Source of the DNA: Christensenella sp. UBA1685
GTDB taxonomy: Bacteria > Bacillota > Clostridia > Christensenellales > CAG-138
DNA length: 64,000 bases
Assembly (NCBI GenBank): GCA_002320595.1
Contig: DCKB01000010.1
Span: forward strand, 3,305-67,304
Direction of reading: 5' to 3'
Part shown: positions 46,452-55,654 of the stretch, piece after piece
Numbering within the stretch: position 1 is the first letter of the stretch
Layout: each line of letters starts with the position of its first letter
Notes under the pieces: model-generated
Seen by the model: only the letters and a program-made list of their open reading frames with translations
Database searches by the model: none
Told to the model about the DNA's origin: nothing
Program-made: the position numbers and the translations under genes

Positions 46452-47330
46452 TCAACAAAATTCCAGCGTGCAGTTTGCCTTTTTTGCACCGGAGAGCAAT
46501 TCCTCCATGCTTTCCGCGCCGCTTCCTGCAAGAAGCGCCTCCCTGTTGAGCGGGCAAAGCATACTGAACATCATCCGTTCGCCCTTGGGCAGTCCTTCCG
46601 GGCGCGCGCCGTACGGAAGGCGGAACCGCACCGCTCCAAAGCGCGCGGCAAGCGCACAAACAAGCGGCATTGCATTCCGTCCAGCAAGTTCCGTAAGCTC
46701 TGCGCCGCCTTCTTCCGCAAGGCAGAGCGCATATGCACCGCCTGCGGCAAACGCTTCCCCGCCAAGCACCGCGGTCTCTTTGCGCATCAGTTCCATATCG
46801 CGCACTGTGCGCACCATCATGCCGTTATACCCCGCTGCAAGCGCATCGTAGCAGGCAAGCATCTCCTCTGCCGAAGGCGTATGCAGCGCGGGTTCCGGCG
46901 CGGCAAGCTCCCCCGCTTCAACCCGAAACCGCTCATGCCATGCAAAAGGCCGGTAGCCGAACTGCGCGTAAAAATCTACATCCGGTTTTAGCAAGGCCGC
47001 GCACACGCCCTCCTGTGCAAGGCGCGCATGCGCCGTGCGGATCAATGCAGCGGCGATGCCTTTGTGCCGCTGTTCCGGCAGGGTTGCCACGCCTGCAATC
47101 ATCGCGCAGCGTTTCACCTGTGTGCCGAAGCAGAGCGGATAGGGCAAGGCGTGCAGAGCGCCCGCCATGCGCCCATCCTCCAAAAAAGCGGCAAGCACAT
47201 ACGCAGGCTTCGTGCGGCATGCAAAATAATAATCGGAATATCCTGCCGCATCCTCCGGGAAGCAGGCATCCCAGACCGCCTGCGCCGCCGCGTATTCCTC
47301 CGGCGTAATGGGCCGCACGGTGAAGCTCAT
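46452..47330 (-). CDS. GNAT-family acetyltransferase with C-terminal extra domain (Eis-like architecture)
   Basis: IAGVATLPEQRHKGIAAALI...YAQFGYRP GNAT core in the N-terminal half; ~130-aa C-terminal extension. Confidence 0.6.
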   Translation of the reverse strand: MSFTVRPITPEEYAAAQAVWDACFPEDAAGYSDYYFACRTKPAYVLAAFLEDGRMAGALHALPYPLCFGTQVKRCAMIAGVATLPEQRHKGIAAALIRTAHARLAQEGVCAALLKPDVDFYAQFGYRPFAWHERFRVEAGELAAPEPALHTPSAEEMLACYDALAAGYNGMMVRTVRDMELMRKETAVLGGEAFAAGGAYALCLAEEGGAELTELAGRNAMPLVCALAARFGAVRFRLPYGARPEGLPKGERMMFSMLCPLNREALLAGSGAESMEELLSGAKKANCTLEFC

Positions 47331-48217
47331 GCAAGCCTCCCATGGAACTTGTCAATCATGAATGCAGGGTTGTAGGAAAGCTTCGCGCGGCGCAGCCCTT
47401 CAAGGCCCATGTCCTCCTCGCGGTTGATGTATTTCACCTTCGTCCACGCATGCTCCACAAACTGCTGGTTAATGATAGTATAAAGTCCGGGAATTCCGCT
47501 GTCCGCTTTTTCGATGTGGATGACCGCAATCTCCCCGTCGATCTGCTCGCCAAGCGTAAACGCGGCAAGCTTCCCCTGAATGCGTATCCCGCCGCCCTTG
47601 ACGCCAAGCGTATCCATATGCGTCAGGATCCGCCGGATTGCCTCCTTTTCGCTTAGCACACCGGGCTCTGAGGCATCCTTTCCGGAGAGCCACTCGCAGT
47701 AAACGCCCATGCATTCGCATAGCATGTCCGGCGTAATTTCCACATACTCGGCCACGTCCCCATATTGCGCGCGGAATTGATTAATGTGGTTGCGTTTGCC
47801 ATGCAGCTTTTTCCCGGAAAGCGTCAAAAGGCTTTCCATGGAATACACATAATCCGAATTGTCCCTGTCCTCCTCCAGAACAAACCCGGGACAACGCTCA
47901 AACGCCGCCTTGATCGGGCCGCAGATTGCACGGAAGGAGGGTTCCGCCCCAATTTTCCGGAAATATGCGACGGCATCCGCAAGCGCCGCAGCATAATCGC
48001 CCTCCGGATTTTCCGTAAGCGGAGCGAACATGAACGGGCTGTTCTCCCAGGATGCCGCAATGAACAATGCGCCGTTATGTTCGGCAACGCGGATTCCTTC
48101 CCCCTGCCCCCACATAAAAAGGTTTGTAAACGTATATTCCGAGCATTGCAGGCGCCATGGCTTGGTGTAGCGTTCCACAAGCGCCTTCATTTGAATGTCA
48201 ATCGGTTGAAACTCCAT
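47327..48217 (-). CDS. DUF2156 protein (MprF C-terminal aminoacyl-transferase-like domain)
   Basis: SEYTFTNLFMWGQGEGIRV...GKKLHGKRNHINQF...INREEDMGLEGLRRAKLSY pattern. Overlaps the downstream GNAT gene by 4 nt. Confidence 0.65.
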   Translation of the reverse strand: MEFQPIDIQMKALVERYTKPWRLQCSEYTFTNLFMWGQGEGIRVAEHNGALFIAASWENSPFMFAPLTENPEGDYAAALADAVAYFRKIGAEPSFRAICGPIKAAFERCPGFVLEEDRDNSDYVYSMESLLTLSGKKLHGKRNHINQFRAQYGDVAEYVEITPDMLCECMGVYCEWLSGKDASEPGVLSEKEAIRRILTHMDTLGVKGGGIRIQGKLAAFTLGEQIDGEIAVIHIEKADSGIPGLYTIINQQFVEHAWTKVKYINREEDMGLEGLRRAKLSYNPAFMIDKFHGRLA

Positions 48218-48299
48218 AAATACCCCTTTTTTGATTTGCGCGACTCCCCGCGAATTCCATGGTTATTTTACCCAATCCCGCCACGGAATGCAACCAGGG

Positions 48300-49454
48300 T
48301 CACTCCACGCACATGAGCGTGCACACCGCGCGCGCCGTGATGCATTTTTCCGCGCCTTCGTCGTTCATTTTTTCGCTTGTGGTGGCCTTCACGCCAATGC
48401 GGGCGGCCTCCACGCCAAGCGCCTGTGCCAAGGCTTCCCGCATGGCGGGGATGTACGGCGCAAGCTTCGGCCGCTCCGCGATGACCGTGGCATCCACATT
48501 GCCGGGCAAAAAGCCATGCGCCCGCAGCAACGCCGCCGTTTCCCGCAAAAGCGCAAGCGACGAGATGCCCCGGTAGCGCGCATCCGTATCCGGGAAATGC
48601 ATGCCAATGTCGCCGAGCGCTGCCGCGCCAAGCAGCGCATCGGTCACCGCATGGGTCAGCGCATCCGCATCCGAATGGCCGAGCAGCCCCGTTTCATGCG
48701 GGATTTCCACCCCGCCGAGCACAAGTTTTCGCCCCGGCACAAGCGCATGGGTGTCCTCGCCAAAGCCCACGCGCGGCAGGGATGCGCCGCACGCCGCCCG
48801 GAAGAACGGCAAGTCCTGCCGATAGGTCAGTTTCTGGTTCATAATGCTTCCTTCCGTAAAATGCAGCGCATAGCCTGCCGCTGCGTACACCGCACAATCG
48901 TCCGTTGCCTGAAGGCCGCCGGCCTCTGCCGCCTCATACGCGGCAAGGATGCGCGCAAAGTCAAACGCCTGCGGCGTCTGCATCAGGAAAAGCGTCTCCC
49001 GTGGAAGCAGGGTGCCCTTTGCATCGCGCACGGTATCGCGCATGGGGATGGCCGCAACGCCGCACCCGTGCTCTCGCGCGCCGCACACGGCGGCATCGAT
49101 CACAGCAGGCGGCACAAGGCAGCGCGCCGCGTCGTGAATGGTCGCAATGCCCGCCTCCACCCCATGCTTTTGAAGCGCCCGAAGCGCATTGAGCACCGAT
49201 GCGCCGCGCGCTGCACCGCCTGTGCAGACGATTACGCGCGCGTCCTTTTCCGCCAGGGAAAGCGCTTGCGCACGTGTGTTCTCCGAAACGGCAACCACAA
49301 TCCGCTCCGGCGGGCATTGGCTTTCAAGAAATGCTTCATAGCAAAGCTGCAGCGGCGTTTTGCCGCCAAAGGCAAGCGCGAGTTTGTTTTCGCCCATGCG
49401 CGCCCCCGCGCCTGCCGCGAGCAGCACGGCGTACACAGTGTCCTGCCCGCGCAT
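48300..49454 (-). CDS. ispDF: Bifunctional IspD/IspF (MEP cytidylyltransferase / MEcPP synthase)
   Basis: ORF trimmed to ATG 49454. N-terminal half [13 protein letters not shown] (IspD). C-terminal half [11 protein letters not shown]...[35 protein letters not shown] (IspF). Confidence 0.9.
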   Translation of the reverse strand: MRGQDTVYAVLLAAGAGARMGENKLALAFGGKTPLQLCYEAFLESQCPPERIVVAVSENTRAQALSLAEKDARVIVCTGGAARGASVLNALRALQKHGVEAGIATIHDAARCLVPPAVIDAAVCGAREHGCGVAAIPMRDTVRDAKGTLLPRETLFLMQTPQAFDFARILAAYEAAEAGGLQATDDCAVYAAAGYALHFTEGSIMNQKLTYRQDLPFFRAACGASLPRVGFGEDTHALVPGRKLVLGGVEIPHETGLLGHSDADALTHAVTDALLGAAALGDIGMHFPDTDARYRGISSLALLRETAALLRAHGFLPGNVDATVIAERPKLAPYIPAMREALAQALGVEAARIGVKATTSEKMNDEGAEKCITARAVCTLMCVE

Positions 49455-49455
49455 A

Positions 49456-49704
49456 TCACTCCTCCGGCAGGACTTCATACATCGAGGAAGCATCCGCTTT
49501 TGCTGCATGCTCCTGCACGGAAAGAATCCTCACGCGCAGATGCCTGCCGCCCATAAGGAGCGTCAGCACATCCCCTTCCTTCACCTCGCTTGAAGCCTTC
49601 GCGACTTTTCCATTGATCTGCACCCGCCCAAGCCCTGCGGCTTCATTGGCAACGGTGCGCCGCTTTATGATGCGGGAAACCTTTAAATATTTGTCCAAAC
49701 GCAT
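49456..49704 (-). CDS. RNA-binding S4-domain protein (YabO-like)
   Basis: [38 protein letters not shown]; 82 aa. Confidence 0.85.
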   Translation of the reverse strand: MRLDKYLKVSRIIKRRTVANEAAGLGRVQINGKVAKASSEVKEGDVLTLLMGGRHLRVRILSVQEHAAKADASSMYEVLPEE

Positions 49705-49745
49705 ACGTTTTTCCTCCGTCCTTCGGTTCGATCTCCAGTATAAAG

Positions 49746-49775
49746 AAAAACGGCGGCAGTTTCAACCGCCGCCGC
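49746..49775 (-). terminator. Terminator after the prsA-like gene
   Basis: Minus strand GCGGCGGCGG-TTGAAACT-GCCGCCG followed by TTTTTC. Confidence 0.7.
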
Positions 49776-49789
49776 ATTTTCTTTCACAA

Positions 49790-51232
49790 TCAGGAATCGA
49801 GCAGAACCTTGTACACATCCTCGTGCAGCGTCACGGTTCCGTCGTTCATCCATTCGTCCACAAGCGCCGTCCATTCCTCGCTGCGAACATCTTCAAGCAG
49901 ATAGACGCGGATGCCCTCTTCGATGCTTGCAAGTTCAACGGTGCCGGCGGGTTCGTCTGCAAGGTAAAAGATGATGTGGTAGCCGTCCTCATCCGCAAAG
50001 GCCTCTGAATACTGACCGATGGAAAGCTTTCCGAACTGCTCCTTCACGATGTCAGACCAATCGTTGTCACACGCATATTCCTTGGCGATCAGGATGCCCT
50101 TTTCCGCAAAAACGGGATAATCGCTGTAATCATCCGGGCTGCTCTTTTCCTTCACAAGCGTTGCAAAGTCAGCGCCGTTCTGGAGCTCGCCGTAAATGCC
50201 GTTCGCCTTCTCGCGCGCGGCGGAAACATAGGCCTCATACAGTTCCTCGTTTGCCGCCTGAAGTTCCTTGTATTGCGCCACAAGCTCCTGCATCTTTGCA
50301 GCATCCGCGCTTGAGGCATCCAAAGCCGCCGCAAAGGCCAAAGCGCCGTATTCTTCCTTGATGAGCTCCATATCGGCCTCATTCGCCTCGTAGTCCTCGG
50401 GAAGCTCCCCTTCATATGCACAGAAAATATGCAGGATGCGGGAATAGCCGCCCGGCGCAAAAGCCACAGGCGCGTCGCCGGTCATTTCGTAGGATTCCTC
50501 ATCGTACTTATACGCCTCCGGGGATTCCGCATAATACGTCATCTGTTCTTCCACCAGAGAATCATATTCGGCCTGAATCTGCTCGTCCGTAAGGGCTACG
50601 TCCTTAAGCTGATCGTTCTGCAGCAGTTCCTGCATGTAAGCGTCAGTCACGTTCTTGCTCAGGAATTCCGTGTAATCTTCATAGGTTGCATTGTCGTTGT
50701 TCAGGTTGTAGGCCGCCTCTTCCAGGATGAGCTCCATCGTGCGTGCATCCACATCAATGGTGGCGTCGCTTTCCGCTTCGGATTCGGCCTGTGAGCGGTA
50801 ATATGCATCCAGCTCGTTGAGCTCGGTTTCAATGCGCTCATCCAGTTCCGCCTGCTGCAGCTCGTCAAACTTATCATAGCCCATTTCTTTCGCCTTTGCC
50901 GCGATAAGCTTTGCCTCTACAAGGCTGTTGACAACATCATCAAGCAGCATCGCAAGCGTTTCCGGATCGCTGCTCAGATTGTAGCCATAGGCTGAAAAAT
51001 ATTCCACATAGGAATCGAACGTTTCCTTCACATCGCCCAATGTGATCGTTTCGTCTCCAATCTCTGCAACAGCGGCCGCCAGGTTCAGGTCGGAATCGCC
51101 GCCATCCGTCGTGACCGGCGCCGGGGATGTTTCCGGCTTATCCGTTTGGGTATCGCCCCCGGTCAGGGCGCAGCCTGCGGCCAGAGAGAGCAGCATCAGC
51201 GCCGCCAGGAACAGGGCAAGGTATTTCTTCAT
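49790..51232 (-). CDS. Lipoprotein peptidyl-prolyl isomerase/foldase (PrsA/SurA-like)
   Basis: ORF trimmed to ATG 51232 (GAGGAG upstream). MKKYLALFLAALMLLSLAAGC lipobox. Acidic helical middle. Parvulin-like end SIGQYSEAFADEDGYHIIFY. Confidence 0.6.
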   Translation of the reverse strand: MKKYLALFLAALMLLSLAAGCALTGGDTQTDKPETSPAPVTTDGGDSDLNLAAAVAEIGDETITLGDVKETFDSYVEYFSAYGYNLSSDPETLAMLLDDVVNSLVEAKLIAAKAKEMGYDKFDELQQAELDERIETELNELDAYYRSQAESEAESDATIDVDARTMELILEEAAYNLNNDNATYEDYTEFLSKNVTDAYMQELLQNDQLKDVALTDEQIQAEYDSLVEEQMTYYAESPEAYKYDEESYEMTGDAPVAFAPGGYSRILHIFCAYEGELPEDYEANEADMELIKEEYGALAFAAALDASSADAAKMQELVAQYKELQAANEELYEAYVSAAREKANGIYGELQNGADFATLVKEKSSPDDYSDYPVFAEKGILIAKEYACDNDWSDIVKEQFGKLSIGQYSEAFADEDGYHIIFYLADEPAGTVELASIEEGIRVYLLEDVRSEEWTALVDEWMNDGTVTLHEDVYKVLLDS

Positions 51233-51309
51233 CAAACTTCTCCTCACATTTTTTGAGATCATGGCAACGCCCGCAGTACGCGGGCCAAAACGCCATGTTT
51301 ATTATATCA

Positions 51310-54300
51310 TCAATTTGCCTCAATACAATCGGCAAGGGTGTAAACAAACTGTGGCAGCATGCCACAAAGTTTTTCGGCATCCGCGCGCGGCATGCGGACC
51401 GAAAGCGCCGGAACTTCGCCGTTTAGGAACTGCGCGCCCGGGATCTCGCCGATGGCCTTCAAAAGTTTCTGCCCGTTCATGGGTGCGTCCTTATCAAACG
51501 TAAAGCGCACTTCGCCATCCCGCACGGAAAGCTGGGCAATATGTGCGCGGGACGCTTCCGCTTTGATGAGCGCGATGTCGAGCAGGTTCTTCGTTTCCGG
51601 CGGGATCTCGCCGTAGCGGTCGATCAGCTCATCCTGCACATCGTAAAGATCCTCCCGCGAGGCGATGAGCGCGATGCGCTTGTACATCGAAAGCCGCTCC
51701 GTTTCCCGCGGGATATACGGATGCGGGATTGCCGCCGAAAGCGGCACATCCATTACCGTTTCTATGGCGCGCGGCTCGGCTTCCCCGCGCGCCTCCTTCA
51801 CCGCGCTGTTGACAATCTTGCAATACAGGTCATACCCGACGGCTGCCATGTGCCCATGCTGTTCAGGCCCGAGCAAATTGCCCGCGCCGCGGATCTCCAA
51901 ATCCCGCATGGCAATCTTGAACCCGGCTCCAAACTGCGTGAACTCCCGGATGGCCGAAAGGCGCTTCTCCGCGACCTCTGTAAGCACCTTATCCCGCATG
52001 AAGGTCAGGTATGCGTAACCCAACCTGGCTCCGCGCCCCACGCGGCCGCGAAGCTGATAAAGCTGGGAAAGCCCCATCCTGTCCGCCTCATAGACCAGAA
52101 TGGTATTCACGTTTGGGATATCCAGCCCGCTTTCGATGATCGTGCTGCACAGGAGCACGTCGTAGCGCTGTTCCATGAAATCGAGCATCGTCTGTTCCAG
52201 CTGCTGTTCGGGCATCTGCCCGTGGGCATACCCGATGCGCGCTTCCGGCACAAGCGCGCGCAGCTGCTCTGCAAAGCGTTCCATGTTGCGCACACGGTTG
52301 TAAACGAAATATACCTGCCCGCCGCGGCCGATCTCCTTCAGGATCGCTTCCCGTGCCATGCCGTCGCTGTATTCCATCACATAGGTCTGCACCGGGTAGC
52401 GTTGTTCGGGCGGCGTTTCGATGACGGACATGTCCCGGATCCCCGTCATCGACATATGCAGCGTGCGGGGGATGGGCGTAGCGGACAGGGTCAGCACATC
52501 CACGCTTTGCTTGATGTTTTTGATCTGCTCTTTATGCCCCACGCCGAAGCGCTGTTCCTCGTCGATGATGAGCAACCCAAGGTCCTTGAAGCGCACGCTT
52601 TTGCCAAGCAGCTTGTGCGTGCCGACCACCACATCAATGCTGCCCTTTGCAAGCCCCTCAAGGATGGTTTTTTCGTCTTTGCCGGCCTTAAAGCGCGAAA
52701 GCAGCGCTACGTTCACCGGGAATCCCGCAAAGCGCGCGGCGAGCGTGTTGTAATGCTGCTGCGCCAGGATGGTGGTCGGCACGAGGAACGCCACCTGCTT
52801 GCTGTCCATCACAGCCTTAAAGGCCGCGCGCAAAGCGACCTCTGTTTTGCCGTAGCCCACGTCGCCGCAGAGCAGGCGGTCCATCACGCGGGAGGACTCC
52901 ATGTCCTTTTTGATCTCCGCGATGCAGGTGAGCTGATCCGGCGTTTCTTCATATGGGAAGCTTTCCTCCAACCGCGTCTGCCACGCGGTATCCGGTGAAA
53001 ACGCAAAGCCCTTGCGGTTCATGCGTTCGCCATACAGCCGTACAAGGTCAAACGCCAGCTTTTTCACGCTTTCCCGCGTGCGGGAAACGGTGCGCTGCCA
53101 GTCCCCGGAACCGAGTTTGGAAAGGCGGACGCTTTCCTCTTCCCCGCCGATGTATTTCTGTACCCGATCCAACTGATCCGTCGGGATATAAAGTTTTTCT
53201 CCTCCCGCATAGGCAAGGTGCAGGTAATCCCGGGTTACGCCGCCCACGGTAAGCGTAATTACCCCGACAAAACGTCCTACGCCGTGCAGTTCGTGCACCA
53301 CAAGGTCGCCCACGGAAAGCTCCGAAAAGGCAAGCTGCGGACGTTTTTTATGTGCGGCGGCCGTCCGTTTCTGCACCGCGCCGTAAAGCTCCGCCTCACT
53401 TACGGCCACAAGCTTGATCTCCGGATATTCAAAGCCCTTTTCAATGGATTCGCCCGTAATGATGACCTCGCCCGGCACAAGCGGCCGTGTGAGCGCATCC
53501 GTTACGGCGGCATGCACATCCATATCGAGCAGCTGGTCCTGCAGGCGCACCGAATGGCTTCCCGCATAGATGGCTGCCGTCGTTCCCGCTTTTCGCCAGG
53601 ACGCAACGTCTGAAGCAAGGATGTCCTGCGCTGCGAGGTATTTTGTCGCAGGGCGCGTTTCAAAGCGGAACAGGCATTTGGGGGCGATCAGGCCGTAGGT
53701 ACGCGTAAGCGCGAACAGCGTCGCGGTGCGCGGCGTATCGAGCTGTGCAAGGAGGACGGAAGGCCGCCCAAGCAGTTCTGCCTGCTCCGGCTCTGCGTTT
53801 CCGTCCGCAAGCAGCGCGGACACGGTGTCAAGGTGTTCCATGTGCGCCACCTTCGCGCTTTCCTCCACGCGCTGCGGCTCATCGATAAGGAGAATGGCAT
53901 CCTCCGGAAGATAATCCTGCAAATACGCATCGTCATAGAACAGCGGCATGAAAAGTTCCGCCCCCGCAGGCGTTCCACCCGCAGAAAGCACGGCAAGTTC
54001 TTCCGAAAGGCGCGGCTTCTTTTTGAATGCGCGCAAAGCCCGCGCACGCGCCGCTTCGGTCAGGGGCATCTCGCCTGCGGGGGGAACGGTGACCGCCTCA
54101 ACGTTTTCAATGGAGCGCTGCGAAAGCGCGTCGTAGGTGCGCATGGTGTCGATTTCGTCATCAAAAAACTCGATGCGCACCGGGTTTTCCGCGGTGATTG
54201 GGAACACATCAAGATACCCGCCGCGCAGGCAAACCTGCCCCTTCGCCTCACAAACCTCCACGCGCTCATAGCCCGCATCGACCAGCCGTTTGAGCAGCGT

Positions 54301-54756
54301 CTGCGGCTTGACCGCCTCTCCTGCACGGATCTCTGTCGTCATCGTGCGAAGCGCTCCCGGCGGGGTAAGGCGCTGCAGCAGCGCGGCTGCGGAAACGGTG
54401 ACGAGCATGTTTTCCCCGCGAAGCAGCCCGGAAAGCGCCTTTACGCGGCGCGCCGCAAGCCCGGCCGACGCCGTGAAGCCGCGCCCGGCAAGCGGCATGT
54501 CGCGCGCGGGCAAATGGATTGCGGCAGGCGCATAAACCGCCGCCTCTTCCCGGATGCGCATGGCGGAAGCTTCGTTTGCCGTAACCACGAGCACGGTTTT
54601 TCCCGTATCGCAAAACAGCGCTGCCGCCATATGCGCGCGGTGCGCTTCGCCAAGGCCGAATACGGCTGCGGCACCTTCATTTTTCATCAGCGCTTCCCGC
54701 AGCCGGCGGTATTCCGGGTGCCTGCCGAGAAACTCAATGAGCGGATGCTTATTCAT
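51310..54756 (-). CDS. mfd: Transcription-repair coupling factor
   Basis: ORF trimmed to ATG 54756 (MNKHPLIEFLGRH). DRLLCGDVGYGKTEVA, LLIIDEEQRFG, LTLSATPIPRT, QLRGRVGR helicase motifs. Confidence 0.96.
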   Translation of the reverse strand: MNKHPLIEFLGRHPEYRRLREALMKNEGAAAVFGLGEAHRAHMAAALFCDTGKTVLVVTANEASAMRIREEAAVYAPAAIHLPARDMPLAGRGFTASAGLAARRVKALSGLLRGENMLVTVSAAALLQRLTPPGALRTMTTEIRAGEAVKPQTLLKRLVDAGYERVEVCEAKGQVCLRGGYLDVFPITAENPVRIEFFDDEIDTMRTYDALSQRSIENVEAVTVPPAGEMPLTEAARARALRAFKKKPRLSEELAVLSAGGTPAGAELFMPLFYDDAYLQDYLPEDAILLIDEPQRVEESAKVAHMEHLDTVSALLADGNAEPEQAELLGRPSVLLAQLDTPRTATLFALTRTYGLIAPKCLFRFETRPATKYLAAQDILASDVASWRKAGTTAAIYAGSHSVRLQDQLLDMDVHAAVTDALTRPLVPGEVIITGESIEKGFEYPEIKLVAVSEAELYGAVQKRTAAAHKKRPQLAFSELSVGDLVVHELHGVGRFVGVITLTVGGVTRDYLHLAYAGGEKLYIPTDQLDRVQKYIGGEEESVRLSKLGSGDWQRTVSRTRESVKKLAFDLVRLYGERMNRKGFAFSPDTAWQTRLEESFPYEETPDQLTCIAEIKKDMESSRVMDRLLCGDVGYGKTEVALRAAFKAVMDSKQVAFLVPTTILAQQHYNTLAARFAGFPVNVALLSRFKAGKDEKTILEGLAKGSIDVVVGTHKLLGKSVRFKDLGLLIIDEEQRFGVGHKEQIKNIKQSVDVLTLSATPIPRTLHMSMTGIRDMSVIETPPEQRYPVQTYVMEYSDGMAREAILKEIGRGGQVYFVYNRVRNMERFAEQLRALVPEARIGYAHGQMPEQQLEQTMLDFMEQRYDVLLCSTIIESGLDIPNVNTILVYEADRMGLSQLYQLRGRVGRGARLGYAYLTFMRDKVLTEVAEKRLSAIREFTQFGAGFKIAMRDLEIRGAGNLLGPEQHGHMAAVGYDLYCKIVNSAVKEARGEAEPRAIETVMDVPLSAAIPHPYIPRETERLSMYKRIALIASREDLYDVQDELIDRYGEIPPETKNLLDIALIKAEASRAHIAQLSVRDGEVRFTFDKDAPMNGQKLLKAIGEIPGAQFLNGEVPALSVRMPRADAEKLCGMLPQFVYTLADCIEAN

Positions 54757-55402
54757 TCGCTTCCCCTTGTCCGGCTTTGTTGGCCGGCATGAGCACGAAC
54801 GGTTCTTCCGCCGGTTCTGCCTTTGGTTTTTCCTTCTTTGGGCGTTTGTTGAAGCGTGCCTGCGCTTCCCTGAGTTCACCGTGCACAATCAGTTCCACTG
54901 CGTCCGCAGCGCTGTTCATCGCGGCAAGCAGAAGCTCTTTTTCCTCTGCATCCGGCGCGCCGAGCACGTGGGATACCAGGTTCCGCTGCCCATCCGGGTG
55001 TCCAATCCCCACGCGCACGCGCGGAAAATCGTCAAACCCCAATTGGTAAATGATGCTGCGCATGCCGTTGTGCGTGCCGGAAGACCCGCCTTCGCGGATG
55101 CGCAGTGTGCCGACGGGGATATCGATGTCGTCATAAATGACGATCAGTTCGGAATTCTCACATTTATACCAGTTTACAAGGTCGCGTGCCGCCCAGCCGG
55201 AATTGTTCATAAAGGTATCCGGCTTCGCGAGCACCACCCGCTCGGCGCCGATGCGCCCTTCCCCAAACACGCTGCGGAAGTTGGAACGGCAAACGTCGAT
55301 ATTATGGCGGTCCGCCAGAATATCCAGCGTCATAAAGCCAACGTTGTGCCGCGTGCTCTGGTATTCACGCCCGGGGTTTCCCAGGCCCAACACGATAAAC
55401 AT
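54749..55402 (-). CDS. pth: Peptidyl-tRNA hydrolase
   Basis: ORF trimmed to ATG 55402 (AAGGAGG upstream). MFIVLGLGNPGREYQSTRHNVGF...GTHNGMRSI. Has a ~30-aa Lys/Pro/Glu-rich C-terminal tail. Overlaps the mfd start by 8 nt. Confidence 0.93.
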   Translation of the reverse strand: MFIVLGLGNPGREYQSTRHNVGFMTLDILADRHNIDVCRSNFRSVFGEGRIGAERVVLAKPDTFMNNSGWAARDLVNWYKCENSELIVIYDDIDIPVGTLRIREGGSSGTHNGMRSIIYQLGFDDFPRVRVGIGHPDGQRNLVSHVLGAPDAEEKELLLAAMNSAADAVELIVHGELREAQARFNKRPKKEKPKAEPAEEPFVLMPANKAGQGEANE

Positions 55403-55654
55403 AGTTCCTCCTTGTTGCTTTCCCTGCACGCAATGAGCCCTCATGCCGTTGCGGCATGGGGGTCGAACGCTTCACATTAGGGCTTGATTATTTTTCCGAT
55501 CCGGCCCTGCGGAAAGCCGTATGTGCCTTTCTCTCACGATTCATTATAAAGCTTTCCCGGCTGCCGCGCAAGCAGGGGATGACAAACCCGTCCGCTTACG
55601 GTATACTTTATTTTGTGTTATTATAGTGAATTTTGCGGAAAGTGGCGAACGGAT

